From NCBI GenBank assembly GCA_041736805.1, contig JBGSSW010000008.1:2897-66896 (forward strand): 64,000 nucleotides of DNA, written 5' to 3'. Positions 27,795-38,791 of this stretch are shown here, piece after piece. The stretch is from Minisyncoccia bacterium. GTDB taxonomy: Bacteria > Patescibacteriota > Minisyncoccia > Phycocordibacterales > UBA918. The first letter of the stretch is position 1, and each line of letters opens with the position of its first letter. The notes beneath the pieces are model-generated. The model did not search any database. It was not told the DNA's origin and worked only from the letters and a program-made list of their open reading frames with translations. The translations under genes and the position numbers were made by a program.

Positions 27795-29546
27795 GTGCGA
27801 ATACAAGATGAACAACTCAAGCGTTTCGTTCTTGATGCTGGCTTAATCAAAAAGTCAGATATTGCGGCTGTGGAAAAAATAGCCAAAGATGAACGACGTA
27901 CTTTAGCTGAGGCTTTAATTGCCCAAGGTCATATGACTGAGGATGATATGCGCCGAGTTGAATCATATGTACTCGGGGTTCCATTTGTCTCGCTTAAAGA
28001 CACCAAGATTGATTTTGAGGTTTTAACCATGATTCCGGAGCCGGTGGCCCGGACGCATAATATTATTGCTTTTCGAAAGACTGAAAAGGAACTAGAGGTG
28101 GCCATGCTTGATACAGCAGACTTACCAGCGATAGATTTCGTCAAGAAAAAAGTTGGTCTAAGAATCCTCCCTCGTCTGACTGACACTGAATCAATGCGGG
28201 GGGCTTTGCGTCAGTACCAGAAAACCCTCAAGGATGAATTTGGCGAGATTATCATGAAAGACGCATCAGCCCTAAAAGTTATTGCTGATCAGAGTGGAGA
28301 AGAACTTTCCGAAAAAGACCTTAAGAAAATGGCCGAAGATTTACCAGTGGTGCGCATTGTCGATACTTTGCTTCGACATGCCATTATTCAGGGTGCATCG
28401 GATATTCATATTGAACCAATGGAAGAAGAAGTCGTAGTTCGCTATCGTATTGATGGTATTTTGAGTGATGCTATGAAGTTACCTAAGCACGCCGCTGGGA
28501 CATTGGTCGCTCGTATTAAAGTCCTTTCAAATCTTAAGTTGGACCAAAAAAGACTACCGCAAGACGGTCGTTTCAAGATGGAAATGGACGGACAGAAAGT
28601 GGCTTTCCGGGTCTCGATGTTACCGGTTTTCTTTGGTGAAAAAATCGTTATGCGTTTGCTAAGGGAAAGTCGAAGTGGATTTTCTTTAGAAGGAATTGGT
28701 TTTCATGGGACTACTTTGGAAAGGATTCACAAAGCCACCAGAGCTACAACAGGAATTATTTTAGTAACCGGTCCGACTGGCTCAGGTAAGTCTACTACAC
28801 TTTATACTATACTAGATTTACTAAATTCACCCGAGGTAAATATCTCTACGATTGAAGATCCGATTGAATACCAAATGCCGCGCGTGAACCAAAGTCAGGT
28901 TAAGCCAGAAATCGGGTTCACTTTTGCGGCTGGACTCCGTTCTTTAATGCGGCAAGACCCTGACATCATCATGGTGGGGGAAGTTCGTGATGAAGAGACG
29001 GCGAGCCTAGCAATAAACGCAGCTTTAACTGGACACTTGGTGTTAGCTACTGTGCATACCAATTCAGCTTCGGGGACGGTAGCTCGGTTGGTAGATATGG
29101 GAGTAGAGACTTTCTTGTTAGTTTCAACATTACGGGTAGCAATTGGCCAGAGACTCGTGCGCAAGTTAGCAGATGATAAGTTGCCCTATACTCTGACTAA
29201 GGCTGAGCGGGATGAACTTTCTTCTCATGTAGACCTTAATTCAGTTTTAAATACTCTGAAGGAAGAAAAAATTGTTAAGGATAGCGCAACATGGAATGAT
29301 ATTCCTTTTTATCGGCCAAAAGAAAAAGGTCAAACCGAAGATGGTTACAAAGGCCGAATGGGAATTCATGAAGTATTAGAGGTGACTTCAACAATTAAAG
29401 ATATGGTCATGTCGGGTAAGACTGGCGATGAGATAGAAATACAAGCTAGAAAAGAAGGAATGCTTACTATGCTTGAGGATGGTATTTATAAAGCCGCTAA
29501 GGGACTTACTAGTATTGAAGAAGTTCTACGAGTAATTAATGAGTAA
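27795..29546 (+). CDS. pilB: Type IV pilus assembly ATPase (PilB/GspE)
   Basis: ASDIHIEP, PQDGRF, GPTGSGKST, RQDPDIIMVGEVRD; start codon uncertain. Confidence 0.95.
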   Translation: MRIQDEQLKRFVLDAGLIKKSDIAAVEKIAKDERRTLAEALIAQGHMTEDDMRRVESYVLGVPFVSLKDTKIDFEVLTMIPEPVARTHNIIAFRKTEKELEVAMLDTADLPAIDFVKKKVGLRILPRLTDTESMRGALRQYQKTLKDEFGEIIMKDASALKVIADQSGEELSEKDLKKMAEDLPVVRIVDTLLRHAIIQGASDIHIEPMEEEVVVRYRIDGILSDAMKLPKHAAGTLVARIKVLSNLKLDQKRLPQDGRFKMEMDGQKVAFRVSMLPVFFGEKIVMRLLRESRSGFSLEGIGFHGTTLERIHKATRATTGIILVTGPTGSGKSTTLYTILDLLNSPEVNISTIEDPIEYQMPRVNQSQVKPEIGFTFAAGLRSLMRQDPDIIMVGEVRDEETASLAINAALTGHLVLATVHTNSASGTVARLVDMGVETFLLVSTLRVAIGQRLVRKLADDKLPYTLTKAERDELSSHVDLNSVLNTLKEEKIVKDSATWNDIPFYRPKEKGQTEDGYKGRMGIHEVLEVTSTIKDMVMSGKTGDEIEIQARKEGMLTMLEDGIYKAAKGLTSIEEVLRVINE

Positions 29547-29551
29547 AATAT

Positions 29552-30781
29552 ATGCCTATATTTACTTATGTTGGTGAGGATCAGGAGGGTAAGAAAGTAA
29601 CCCAAAATGTAACTGCCGATGATAGGTATGCGGTTTACGATATCGCCAGAAGCAGTGGACATCGAATTTCAAGCATCGAAGAAAAATCTACTTCAAGCGT
29701 GAAGAATTTTTTGAATATTGAGAAGTTAAATTTGATGCTTAGTCGCGTCAAGACTGATGAACTGGTTATGTTAACCAGAAATCTTGGCTCAATGATTACC
29801 GCTGGACTTACTGTGACGCGGGCACTGTCAGTTATTGAGCGTCAAAGTGAGAACCTAAAAACCAAAAATGTGACCAAAAGGTTGGTGGAGAGAATAAATA
29901 ACGGCGAGCAATTTTTTGAAGCTCTCAAGGAATTTCCAGAAGTCTTCAGTGACTTGTATGTTGCCATGATAAAGTCTGGTGAAGAGAGCGGTAATTTGGC
30001 TGAATCACTTAAGACTTTGTCGGTTCAAATGGAAAGAGCAAGTAGTTTAACGAAAAAGATTAAGGGGGCGATGATTTATCCCACTATCGTCTTATCCATC
30101 ATGGTCATTATTGGTATTTTGATGATGGCTTTCGTAATGCCAAAGATAACGGGCGTTTTTAAAGGTATGGACATGGAATTACCAGCCACGACAAAGTTTT
30201 TGATTGCCACCAGTGATTTCTTTGCTGCAAATACAATTATTACGCTACTAGGTTTGGTTGGATTTGTAGTCGCTGTTATATATTTCTTTCGTTCTAAGAC
30301 AGGAAAGATTGTTTCTTCATGGTTGGTGGTGAAGTTGCCTATAGTCGGAGTTATGGCCAAGGAAACAAACTCAGCGCGTACTGCCAGAACTCTTTCGTCG
30401 CTGCTTAACTCTGGCGTAGACGTTATTCAGGCAATCGAAATTACTGGAGAGGTTGTCCAAAATGTATTTTATAAAAAAGTTTTAGCCGAAGCGGCTTTAC
30501 GAGTAGAAAAAGGTACTCCCTTGTCAGAAATCTTTATTGAGAGAACAGATTTATACCCAATTCTAGTTGGAGAAATGATTTTAGTAGGTGAAGAAACTGG
30601 ACAAATTTCTGGAATGCTTGGGGAGTTAGCTATTTTTTATGAAACTGAAGTAGAAAGAAAGACTAAAGATCTTTCAACAATTATCGAGCCTTTATTAATG
30701 GTGGTTATTGGAGGGGGGGTTGGATTCTTTGCTTTGGCCATGATTGCACCGATCTATTCTATTTCTGATGGCCTAAAATAA
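29552..30781 (+). CDS. pilC: Type IV pilus inner-membrane platform protein (PilC/GspF)
   Basis: GEESGNL, KIKGAMIYP, GEETG, IIEP. Confidence 0.95.
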   Translation: MPIFTYVGEDQEGKKVTQNVTADDRYAVYDIARSSGHRISSIEEKSTSSVKNFLNIEKLNLMLSRVKTDELVMLTRNLGSMITAGLTVTRALSVIERQSENLKTKNVTKRLVERINNGEQFFEALKEFPEVFSDLYVAMIKSGEESGNLAESLKTLSVQMERASSLTKKIKGAMIYPTIVLSIMVIIGILMMAFVMPKITGVFKGMDMELPATTKFLIATSDFFAANTIITLLGLVGFVVAVIYFFRSKTGKIVSSWLVVKLPIVGVMAKETNSARTARTLSSLLNSGVDVIQAIEITGEVVQNVFYKKVLAEAALRVEKGTPLSEIFIERTDLYPILVGEMILVGEETGQISGMLGELAIFYETEVERKTKDLSTIIEPLLMVVIGGGVGFFALAMIAPIYSISDGLK

Positions 30782-30783
30782 AT

Positions 30784-32529
30784 ATGATTCCTGACAATGT
30801 TAAAAAACATTCTAAAGGATTCTCGCTCGTTGAAGTTTTGGTAGTTATTGGCATCACAGTAATTATTTTTGGAGCCCTGTTTGTGGCTTTTGAATACTCA
30901 CTGAAACTAATTGCTCAGTCTCGAGCAAAACTGACTGCCCTGTCTCTGTCGACAGATAGGGCAGAGTACATAAGGTCTTTACCTTATAGTAGTGTCGGTA
31001 CAGTCGCCGGTATTCCTAATGGAAGTATTCCACAGAATAGAACTGTTACTTTAAATGGAATTAATTTTGCCGAGCGAGTTTTGATTGAATATGTCGATGA
31101 CCCGGCTGATGGTCTTGGGGTCTTAGATAGCAATTCAATTTTGGCTGATTACAAAAAAGTTAAGATTGAATACACTTGGCTAGTTGGTGGAGTAGCTCAG
31201 TCCTTTAGTTTAATAACGAATGTTGTGCCTAAGAGTATTGAAACAACTGCCGGTGGCGGGACCATTAGGGTAAATGTTTTTGACGCCAATGTCTTACCTC
31301 TGCAAGGAATTGATGTTCGCTTGATAAATAACACAACCACATCAACCGTGGATGTTACGAGAAAGACAGACGCTACAGGCACTGCTTTTTTTACTGGCGC
31401 TCCTGCCGCTGCTGGCTATCAGATATTTGTATCTGCTCCTGGTTATTCTTCTGACCAAACTAGAGTGGCAACTACTTCGTTACCCTACCCATTGACCTTG
31501 CCAGTAGCTGTACTTGAAAGTGATGTCTCAACCATGAATTTTCAGATTGATAAGCTCAGTAGCCTAACAATTAAGGTCTTCAATAGTGAGGTAATTAATT
31601 CCAGTGTTGAAAATTTTGATGACTTACTAAGTATGTCCGATGTTAGTAACACTAACATTGTGAGTAGTACATTGGCTTTGACTGAAGTTGGTGGTGTTTA
31701 TGACTTAAATGGTTCTGTCACTTCAAATTTATTAGCGCCAGCCACAATCGAAAGTTGGGGCGTAGCTGAAATAGAAGCAGTCACACCAGGCTCGACTGAT
31801 GTTAGGGTCAGATTTTATTCTAGTACCAGTTCGGCTACTTTAATTCCAGAAACTGACCTGCCCGGCAACCTGGTAGGTTTTTCAACCAATTTTATAAACT
31901 TGAGCGGCTTATCCGTGTCAAGCTACCCAAGCCTAGTGGTCGGGGTATTTTTAAGCACGACTGATACAAGTGTTACTCCAACAGTAGATAAATTAACGAT
32001 TCACTATGTTGAATCTAGAAATGTGGTTTCAGGTGATAATTTAACTATAACCGGCAATAAAGTAATTGGTTCTGATGACTTATTTTCTCCAGTTTATAAA
32101 CTCAGCACTTCAACTGTAACTGATTCAAATGGAGAAGTTCGTCTTGAAAACATTGAATGGGATTCTTATTCAGTGACTCCAGGTGCCGGGTTAGTTATTA
32201 AGGAAGCTTGTTCAGAAAATCCTTTCTCGCTTAATCCTGATACAGATGAATCTCTAAGTTTACTTGTTGGAGCGTCTTCAGCAGACAACTTACGCGTTGT
32301 TGTAAATAACGCTACTGGGGAACGGGTAATAGGTGCAGCCGTAAAACTTAGCCGAGGAGCCTCAGTTTGGAACGCTGATACAAGCTGGTGTGGACAGACA
32401 TATTTTGGCGGTTTAGTAAACGCAGCAGATTACGATTTAGAAGTTTCAGCTGCGGGTTACACAACGCAGTTAATGAGTTCTATAAATGTTTCGGGAGATA
32501 CCGTCCAGACAGTGGTATTGAATCCATAG
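30784..32529 (+). CDS. Large prepilin-type protein with beta-rich extracellular domains
   Basis: KGFSLVEVLV prepilin cleavage/methylation motif. Confidence 0.88.
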   Translation: MIPDNVKKHSKGFSLVEVLVVIGITVIIFGALFVAFEYSLKLIAQSRAKLTALSLSTDRAEYIRSLPYSSVGTVAGIPNGSIPQNRTVTLNGINFAERVLIEYVDDPADGLGVLDSNSILADYKKVKIEYTWLVGGVAQSFSLITNVVPKSIETTAGGGTIRVNVFDANVLPLQGIDVRLINNTTTSTVDVTRKTDATGTAFFTGAPAAAGYQIFVSAPGYSSDQTRVATTSLPYPLTLPVAVLESDVSTMNFQIDKLSSLTIKVFNSEVINSSVENFDDLLSMSDVSNTNIVSSTLALTEVGGVYDLNGSVTSNLLAPATIESWGVAEIEAVTPGSTDVRVRFYSSTSSATLIPETDLPGNLVGFSTNFINLSGLSVSSYPSLVVGVFLSTTDTSVTPTVDKLTIHYVESRNVVSGDNLTITGNKVIGSDDLFSPVYKLSTSTVTDSNGEVRLENIEWDSYSVTPGAGLVIKEACSENPFSLNPDTDESLSLLVGASSADNLRVVVNNATGERVIGAAVKLSRGASVWNADTSWCGQTYFGGLVNAADYDLEVSAAGYTTQLMSSINVSGDTVQTVVLNP

Positions 32530-32535
32530 CATATT

Positions 32536-33147
32536 ATGTTTAAGTACTCACAACAAACAGGTTTTACTTTAGTAGAAACTATTATCGTAGTGACTATTTA
32601 TACTATTTTACTACTCGTTATATTTAATAGTATTGATAATTTATACCAAGCAAACAATTACACGATTGCTGAATCAAATGAGATTGATAACGCCAGAAGA
32701 GGACTTCAGTCTTGGTTGAGTGACGTCAGAGAAATGACTTACGCTGATGACGGCACTTTTCCGATGGCAATAATTGAGCCAAACAGAATAGGTTTCTATA
32801 GTGATGTAGATACAGATACTTCTGTCGAATATGTCGAATATGTGCTGTCTTCAACCACACTTTATAAGAATACCTACAAAGCATCTGGCTCGCCACCAGT
32901 ATATAATTTAGTTACACCCAGTAGTGTTGAAAAGTTATCTGAATTTGTACAAAATATTAGCCAAGGAGTACCCACCTTCACATATTCAGATACAAACGGT
33001 GTCTTTTTGAACAGCACCTCATCTCTCTTGACTGACGTTAGATATCTAGAGGTAAGTGTGATTGTAAATATTGATCCACTAAAAAACCCGGGGGAGTTTT
33101 TATTACGCAGCGGAGTTGCGCCCAGGAACCTAAAGGATAATCTATAG
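32536..33147 (+). CDS. Minor pilin (prepilin-type)
   Basis: GFTLVETII motif. Confidence 0.88.
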   Translation: MFKYSQQTGFTLVETIIVVTIYTILLLVIFNSIDNLYQANNYTIAESNEIDNARRGLQSWLSDVREMTYADDGTFPMAIIEPNRIGFYSDVDTDTSVEYVEYVLSSTTLYKNTYKASGSPPVYNLVTPSSVEKLSEFVQNISQGVPTFTYSDTNGVFLNSTSSLLTDVRYLEVSVIVNIDPLKNPGEFLLRSGVAPRNLKDNL

Positions 33148-33149
33148 CT

Positions 33150-34586
33150 ATGAATATTATTAAAAGTATTAGAGGAAATAAAATTCAGAATTCTGCCCAG
33201 GGTTATTTGTTAGTGTTAGTGTTAGTGTTCGGTTCAATTTTCTTTGTTATCACTACTTCCTTTATTGATTATGTGGTTACTCAGAGCAGGCTGATTGATC
33301 AAAAGGTGGAGCTTCAGAGGTCAATTGATATTGCTGAAGGAGGATTAAATTATTATAAGTGGCACCTAGCTCATTACCCAAACGACACTACTACAAATAC
33401 AGGATCGCACATATATTATGATCCAGAAGGAGCCGCGATTGGAGAATTCTCTTTAACTGTAGCTAGTACTTCTTATTGTGGTGACGTTTCATCTATTAAG
33501 GTTTCTTCGACCGGCTATACCTACACTGATCCTACGGTGGCTCGAACTGTCGAGGCCAGGTACGCCAGACCAAACGTAGCTGAATATTCATATATTATTA
33601 ACTCCAATGTTTGGGCAGGGTCCGATCGTATTATAGTTGGACCCTATCACTCAAATGGGGGTATACGTATGGATGGAAGAAATAATTCAACTGTCACAAG
33701 TGGTCAGGCAAGTTGGACCTGTACAAGTAGTTTTGGTTGTTCGCCAAATAGTACAGAAGATGGAGTTTTCACCACCACAGCCAATCCAAATCCAGCTCTA
33801 TTTTCTTTTCCTTCCGCCCCAATTAATTTTGTCGGCCTAACTATTGATTTAGCTCAAATGCAAGATAAAGCGACAAACTCGGGTGGAATTTATATACCAC
33901 CCTCAGGAGCATACGGTTATCAAATCACTTTTAATAACGGGGGAACGATAACTGTTAGAAGGGTCACTAATACAACTCAGTATTGGGGATATACAACCGA
34001 AGACGCTTGGCAACAAGAAAGACACGTTGTCTCGGCTTTGGGCCCAGCAGTAAACTACAGTGTTTCAAATAACTGCCCGTTAATTTTCGTTCAAGATAAA
34101 GTGTGGTTAGAAGGAGTCGTCGATAAAAAGATTACTATCGCTGCGGCTGACATTGCCTCGGCCGCTATCAGTCCGCAAATAATTTTGAACAACAACATAA
34201 CCTACACTTCAGCTACTTCTTCTGGACTTTTGGCTATTGCTGAAGAAGATGTTTTAGTGGGGCTTAATGTTCCTAATGACATGACCTTAAATGGTATTTT
34301 TGTCGCTCAAAACGGTCGTTTTGGTAGAAATCATTATGTTGCCAATGGAGGCAATGGATTGCCGGCAAGTCTAGACAGTTATGTAATCAGAAATTCACTG
34401 ACCGTTAATGGCACCATTGTTTCAAATGGTCGTGAGGGAACTAAATGGACAAGCGGAGGGATTCACATTTCAGGTTTTGCTAATCGACTTAACAGTTACG
34501 ATAGAAACTTGGTAAGTAGTCCACCACCGTTAGTGCCTAAAACTTCAGATGTATATGTGGTGACAGACTGGAAAGACGTTAGGTAG
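33150..34586 (+). CDS. PilX-like minor pilin/adhesin
   Basis: QGYLLVLVLVF N-terminus, IAEGGLNYY, C-terminal PP..P..W. Confidence 0.8.
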   Translation: MNIIKSIRGNKIQNSAQGYLLVLVLVFGSIFFVITTSFIDYVVTQSRLIDQKVELQRSIDIAEGGLNYYKWHLAHYPNDTTTNTGSHIYYDPEGAAIGEFSLTVASTSYCGDVSSIKVSSTGYTYTDPTVARTVEARYARPNVAEYSYIINSNVWAGSDRIIVGPYHSNGGIRMDGRNNSTVTSGQASWTCTSSFGCSPNSTEDGVFTTTANPNPALFSFPSAPINFVGLTIDLAQMQDKATNSGGIYIPPSGAYGYQITFNNGGTITVRRVTNTTQYWGYTTEDAWQQERHVVSALGPAVNYSVSNNCPLIFVQDKVWLEGVVDKKITIAAADIASAAISPQIILNNNITYTSATSSGLLAIAEEDVLVGLNVPNDMTLNGIFVAQNGRFGRNHYVANGGNGLPASLDSYVIRNSLTVNGTIVSNGREGTKWTSGGIHISGFANRLNSYDRNLVSSPPPLVPKTSDVYVVTDWKDVR

Positions 34587-34638
34587 GGTTTGCCTGACTA
34601 TAAAGTAGCCTAAATTAAGTGTGCTACAATTTTCAGAT

Positions 34639-35397
34639 ATGAAAAATGCATCAGCACTAGTAATTGGTAATTGGAAATTGAATCCAGGGACAGCATTGGA
34701 AGCTCAAAATTTGTTTAACAATATCCTAAAAAAATTACCAAAGGATAATCAAACGAAAATAGTTACTGCTCCACCATTTCTTTTTATTCCTGAGCTAGCA
34801 AAAAAACCGACTGATAAAATTTCTTTAGGAGCGCAAGACGTTTTTTATGAAGAGAGGGGAGCTTTGACGGGAGAGATTGGCCCTAGCATGCTGGCAAATT
34901 TTGGGGTCGAATATATCATTGTTGGTCATTCGGAAAGGAGGGCTTTGGGAGAAACAGATGAGCAAGTAAATAAAAAAATCCACGCTATTTTGAAACGACG
35001 GCTTATTCCAGTTGTTTGTATTGGAGAAAGAAACAGAGACCAGCAAGGGCAATTTTTTAATGATGTGGCCACCCAAGTGCGATCTTTGGTACAAGGGCTG
35101 ACTCCTGTACAACTACAAAAGGTAGTTATTGCCTATGAGCCAATTTGGGCCATTGGGACTGGTTTGACGGCTACTGCTGAAGATGTAAAGGAAATGCAGC
35201 TGTTTATAGTCAGCACTTTAACAAAACTTTTTGAAAGAAAATGGGCTGAAAAAGTTCGTTTAATTTATGGCGGCTCAGTCAAAGAAAGTAACGCCAAAGA
35301 CTTATATGAAAACGGAGGAATGGGTGGTTTCTTGGTTGGAGGGGCAAGTTTACAAGCGACGGAGTTCATAGGAATTATTAAAGCCACACAAAAATAA
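34639..35397 (+). CDS. tpiA: Triosephosphate isomerase
   Basis: GNWKLN, GHSERR, AYEPIWAIGTG, YGGSV, LVGGASL. Confidence 0.97.
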   Translation: MKNASALVIGNWKLNPGTALEAQNLFNNILKKLPKDNQTKIVTAPPFLFIPELAKKPTDKISLGAQDVFYEERGALTGEIGPSMLANFGVEYIIVGHSERRALGETDEQVNKKIHAILKRRLIPVVCIGERNRDQQGQFFNDVATQVRSLVQGLTPVQLQKVVIAYEPIWAIGTGLTATAEDVKEMQLFIVSTLTKLFERKWAEKVRLIYGGSVKESNAKDLYENGGMGGFLVGGASLQATEFIGIIKATQK

Positions 35398-35409
35398 TAG
35401 TTTATATTT

Positions 35410-36534
35410 ATGGAATTGAAGTTGATTACTGAGGTAGAAGCGTTGAGGGGTAAAACCGTGATTGTACGTTCGTCCTGTAATGTACCGTTGGTAGATGGAA
35501 AAGTTAGAAATTCTTTTCGTTTAAGGAGAGCGATTCCAACTTTAAAGTATTTGTCGGAGCAAGGAGCTAGGGTCATTGTTATCTCACACATTGGACGAGA
35601 CAAAGAAGAGACACTAAAGCCGGTTTTTGATGAATTATCCCAAACAATACCAATGAAGTGGGGAGGAAATATTTCTGACCCTGGTTTTGCTTCCCTTAAA
35701 AATAAGATGAGAGATGGAGAAATAATTTTTTGTGAAAACCTCCGGCAAAATATTGGTGAAGAAGAAAATAACCAAGACTTAGTTAATTTAATTGCCAGTT
35801 ACGGGGATATCTACGTAAACGACGCTTTTGCTGAGGCTCATCGTGATCATGCCTCTACTCTCGGTCTGGCAGAAGCTCTACCGGCTTATGCGGGGATTAC
35901 CTTGGCAGAGGAAGTAACTGAATTACAAAAAGTCATGCAACCTAAGCACCCGTCACTTTTTCTTTTAGGTGGAGCCAAATTTGAAACCAAGATGCCTCTG
36001 GTAGAAAAATATTTAAAACTCTACGATTTCGTCTTTGTGGGAGGAGCATTGGCTAATGATATGTTGAAGGCTAGAGGATTTGAAGTTGGTGAGTCATTGG
36101 TATCTGATGTTTCATTGGCTGGAGCTAGTTTCCTTTGGGACGAAAAGTTGCTAGTACCAATTGATGTAGTTGTAGAAGGTCCAAATGGAGTTGAGACTAA
36201 GGCGGCTGAGGCAGTTTTACCAAACGAGAAAATATTCGACATGGGTCCAGAAACTGTGACCATGCTTAGTAAGTATATTTTTGAAGCCAAAACCATTTTA
36301 TGGAATGGTCCCTTTGGAAATTACGAAGCTGGTTTTGAAGAGAGTACCGAAGAAGTAGCCAAGCTTATTTCCTCAGCCGAAGCATTTAGTGTACTCGGAG
36401 GGGGAGATACTGTGGCCGCGGTAGAAAAACTAAGTCTCAATGATAAATTTGGTTTTATTTCTATTGGTGGCGGCTCAATGTTGACCTTACTTGAACATGG
36501 TTCAACTCCGGTTTTAGATAGACTAAAGAAATAG
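35410..36534 (+). CDS. pgk: Phosphoglycerate kinase
   Basis: SHIGR, ENLR, YVNDAF, LGGAK, WNGP, GGGDT. Confidence 0.96.
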   Translation: MELKLITEVEALRGKTVIVRSSCNVPLVDGKVRNSFRLRRAIPTLKYLSEQGARVIVISHIGRDKEETLKPVFDELSQTIPMKWGGNISDPGFASLKNKMRDGEIIFCENLRQNIGEEENNQDLVNLIASYGDIYVNDAFAEAHRDHASTLGLAEALPAYAGITLAEEVTELQKVMQPKHPSLFLLGGAKFETKMPLVEKYLKLYDFVFVGGALANDMLKARGFEVGESLVSDVSLAGASFLWDEKLLVPIDVVVEGPNGVETKAAEAVLPNEKIFDMGPETVTMLSKYIFEAKTILWNGPFGNYEAGFEESTEEVAKLISSAEAFSVLGGGDTVAAVEKLSLNDKFGFISIGGGSMLTLLEHGSTPVLDRLKK

Positions 36535-36594
36535 AAGATTAGAAAATTAATCTACCTAAAAGGGCGGAAGCTTTGCTTCCGCCCTTTTAGGTTT

Positions 36595-36981
36595 TTAAAG
36601 CGCAGCTTTAACCTTTTCAGCTAAATCCAGTAAGTCTTTTTCTGCTGCTTCTGTGGTTGGACTGAGTACTAATTTTTCTTGAGTACAAGGATAGAGCTTG
36701 ACGTGGACATGTGGAACTTCAAATCCTTCAACTACCAGACATGTTCTTACTGTACTGAATACTTTATCCAAGGCTCTGGCTACTATTTTGGCGGTAGACA
36801 TTAAAGCGGAGTACTCCTCATCAGTCAGGTCAAAAATATAGGGCACTTGCCTTTTGCTTATTACTACCATTTGGCCAGGAGTAGAAGGAAATTTATCTGG
36901 GATAACAATAACAAAATTATCCTCATAAACTATATTGGCTGGGATTTCTCGATTGATGATTTTGGTGAAAATAGTTTCCAT
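36595..36981 (-). CDS. HIT family nucleotide hydrolase
   Basis: TIFTKIINREIPA; GFEVPHVHVKL (third His replaced by Lys). Confidence 0.9.
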   Translation of the reverse strand: METIFTKIINREIPANIVYEDNFVIVIPDKFPSTPGQMVVISKRQVPYIFDLTDEEYSALMSTAKIVARALDKVFSTVRTCLVVEGFEVPHVHVKLYPCTQEKLVLSPTTEAAEKDLLDLAEKVKAAL

Positions 36982-37029
36982 AATCAGGTCTAGTATACCG
37001 TAAAGTAGGCCTGTGCTACCATACGCTAC

Positions 37030-38739
37030 ATGTCACTCTATGAAGTAATGCCGATTTTACCGAAAGAGGCTTCGGCTGAATTAGAGGCCTACAATTCTTG
37101 GCTTCGTCCTTTACTATATAATCGAAATATAAAGTCAGCTGATGCAGCCAATGTATTTCTCAATCCTTCCTATGAAGAACATCTCCATAATCCTTTTTTA
37201 CTCCACGATATGGACAAAGCCGTCGAAAGAATATTACTAGCGATCTCTCAAAATAAACGGATTATTATTTTTAGTGATTATGATTGTGACGGTATCCCGG
37301 GAGCGGTAGTACTACATGATTTTTTTAAGGCGGCGGGTTTTGATAATTTTTTTAACTATATTCCTCATCGTCACTATGATGGTTTTGGACTCAGTGAAAA
37401 AGCGGTTTTGAAACTAAGCGACGAGGAACAGAAACCTGACCTTATAATTACTATTGACTGTGGCACTACAGATATTGAGGCTGTTACTCTAGCAAACAAA
37501 ATTGGTATTGATGTAATAATTACTGATCATCACGAGCCTAAGAAGAATTTACCTGCTGCTGTGGCGGTAGTTAATCCAAAAGTAGGAGGTACTTATCCCT
37601 TCACTGGACTTTGTGGAGCGGCCGTAATATTTAAACTTGTACAGGCTTTAATCAAAAAAGGTAATTTTAAAATTTCTCCTGGGCAAGAAAAGTGGTGGCT
37701 TGATATGGTAGGGATTGCAACTATCGCCGATATGGTGCCACTAACAGATGAAAATCGTGTGTTCGCTCACTTTGGACTTAAGGTGCTGCGAAAGTCGCGT
37801 CGGCCGGGTTTGCAGCAATTACTTCGCAAACAAAAAGCCAGTCAAATACATTTAACCGAAGATGATATAGGTTTTACTATCGGCCCACGTATCAATGCGG
37901 CCTCAAGAATGGACACTCCAGAAGATGCTTTTTTCATGTTAGCGACCCAAGATGAAGCTGAGGCAGGAGAGCGAGTTAACCATTTAGAAAAGTTAAATCT
38001 CGAACGAAAGAGCGCGGTAGCCTCGATGACTAGGGAACTGCACAAACGATTAGAACTTATGACTGATAAGCCGCCAATTATTGTGCTAGGTAATCCAGAT
38101 TGGCGTCCGTCACTAGTTGGGTTGGCGGCCAACAAATTAGCTGAAGAATATAATCGTCCAGTCTTTCTGTGGGGTCGTGATGGTAATGGAGTATTAAAAG
38201 GTTCTTGTCGTTCTGGTGGTGGGGTAAGTGTAGTGACAGTCATGAATGAGATCCCCGAAATTTTTACTGAATTTGGTGGACACCATATGTCTGGCGGTTT
38301 TTCAGTTAAGGAAGAAAAGATTCACATTATGCCTCTAGAAATCGTCAAAGCCTACGAAAAATTGGGAGCTAAGGCAAAAATTGTGGAACCGATGTTGGTA
38401 GATTTTGAAATTACTTTAGATGAAATATCTAACTTACTTTTGAGCGCTCAAAGACAATGCGGACCATTTGGTTGTGAAAATCGAAAGCCTTTGTACTTAA
38501 TAAAATCTGTTACTCCACTAAAAGTTGAAGTATTTGGTAAAACTAAAGAACACACCAAGTTACTTTTTGAAACCAAGGGACTTGCCAAAGAAGCAATTGC
38601 TTTTTTTAGGACCCCACAGCAATTCTCAACTTTACCAACTACAGAATCCCCGGTTTCACTTTTGGTCCATTTGGAGGAAAGTTTCTTTATGAACCGGTTG
38701 CAAACACGGCTGCGGATAGTAGAAATTTTGCAAATTTAA
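37030..38739 (+). CDS. recJ: Single-stranded-DNA exonuclease RecJ
   Basis: DYDCDG, TIDCG, TDHH, GPRINAASR, FGGH. Confidence 0.95.
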   Translation: MSLYEVMPILPKEASAELEAYNSWLRPLLYNRNIKSADAANVFLNPSYEEHLHNPFLLHDMDKAVERILLAISQNKRIIIFSDYDCDGIPGAVVLHDFFKAAGFDNFFNYIPHRHYDGFGLSEKAVLKLSDEEQKPDLIITIDCGTTDIEAVTLANKIGIDVIITDHHEPKKNLPAAVAVVNPKVGGTYPFTGLCGAAVIFKLVQALIKKGNFKISPGQEKWWLDMVGIATIADMVPLTDENRVFAHFGLKVLRKSRRPGLQQLLRKQKASQIHLTEDDIGFTIGPRINAASRMDTPEDAFFMLATQDEAEAGERVNHLEKLNLERKSAVASMTRELHKRLELMTDKPPIIVLGNPDWRPSLVGLAANKLAEEYNRPVFLWGRDGNGVLKGSCRSGGGVSVVTVMNEIPEIFTEFGGHHMSGGFSVKEEKIHIMPLEIVKAYEKLGAKAKIVEPMLVDFEITLDEISNLLLSAQRQCGPFGCENRKPLYLIKSVTPLKVEVFGKTKEHTKLLFETKGLAKEAIAFFRTPQQFSTLPTTESPVSLLVHLEESFFMNRLQTRLRIVEILQI

Positions 38740-38791
38740 AAACGCTCCAAATCCAGAGGATTTGGAGCGTTTTTAGCCAACTTTAAACTCT

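Noticed and set aside
33210-33228. TTAGTG x3 microsatellite as a phase-variation tract
   Set aside because: In-frame hexamer encoding LVLVLV in a pilin TM helix; too short and frame-neutral.
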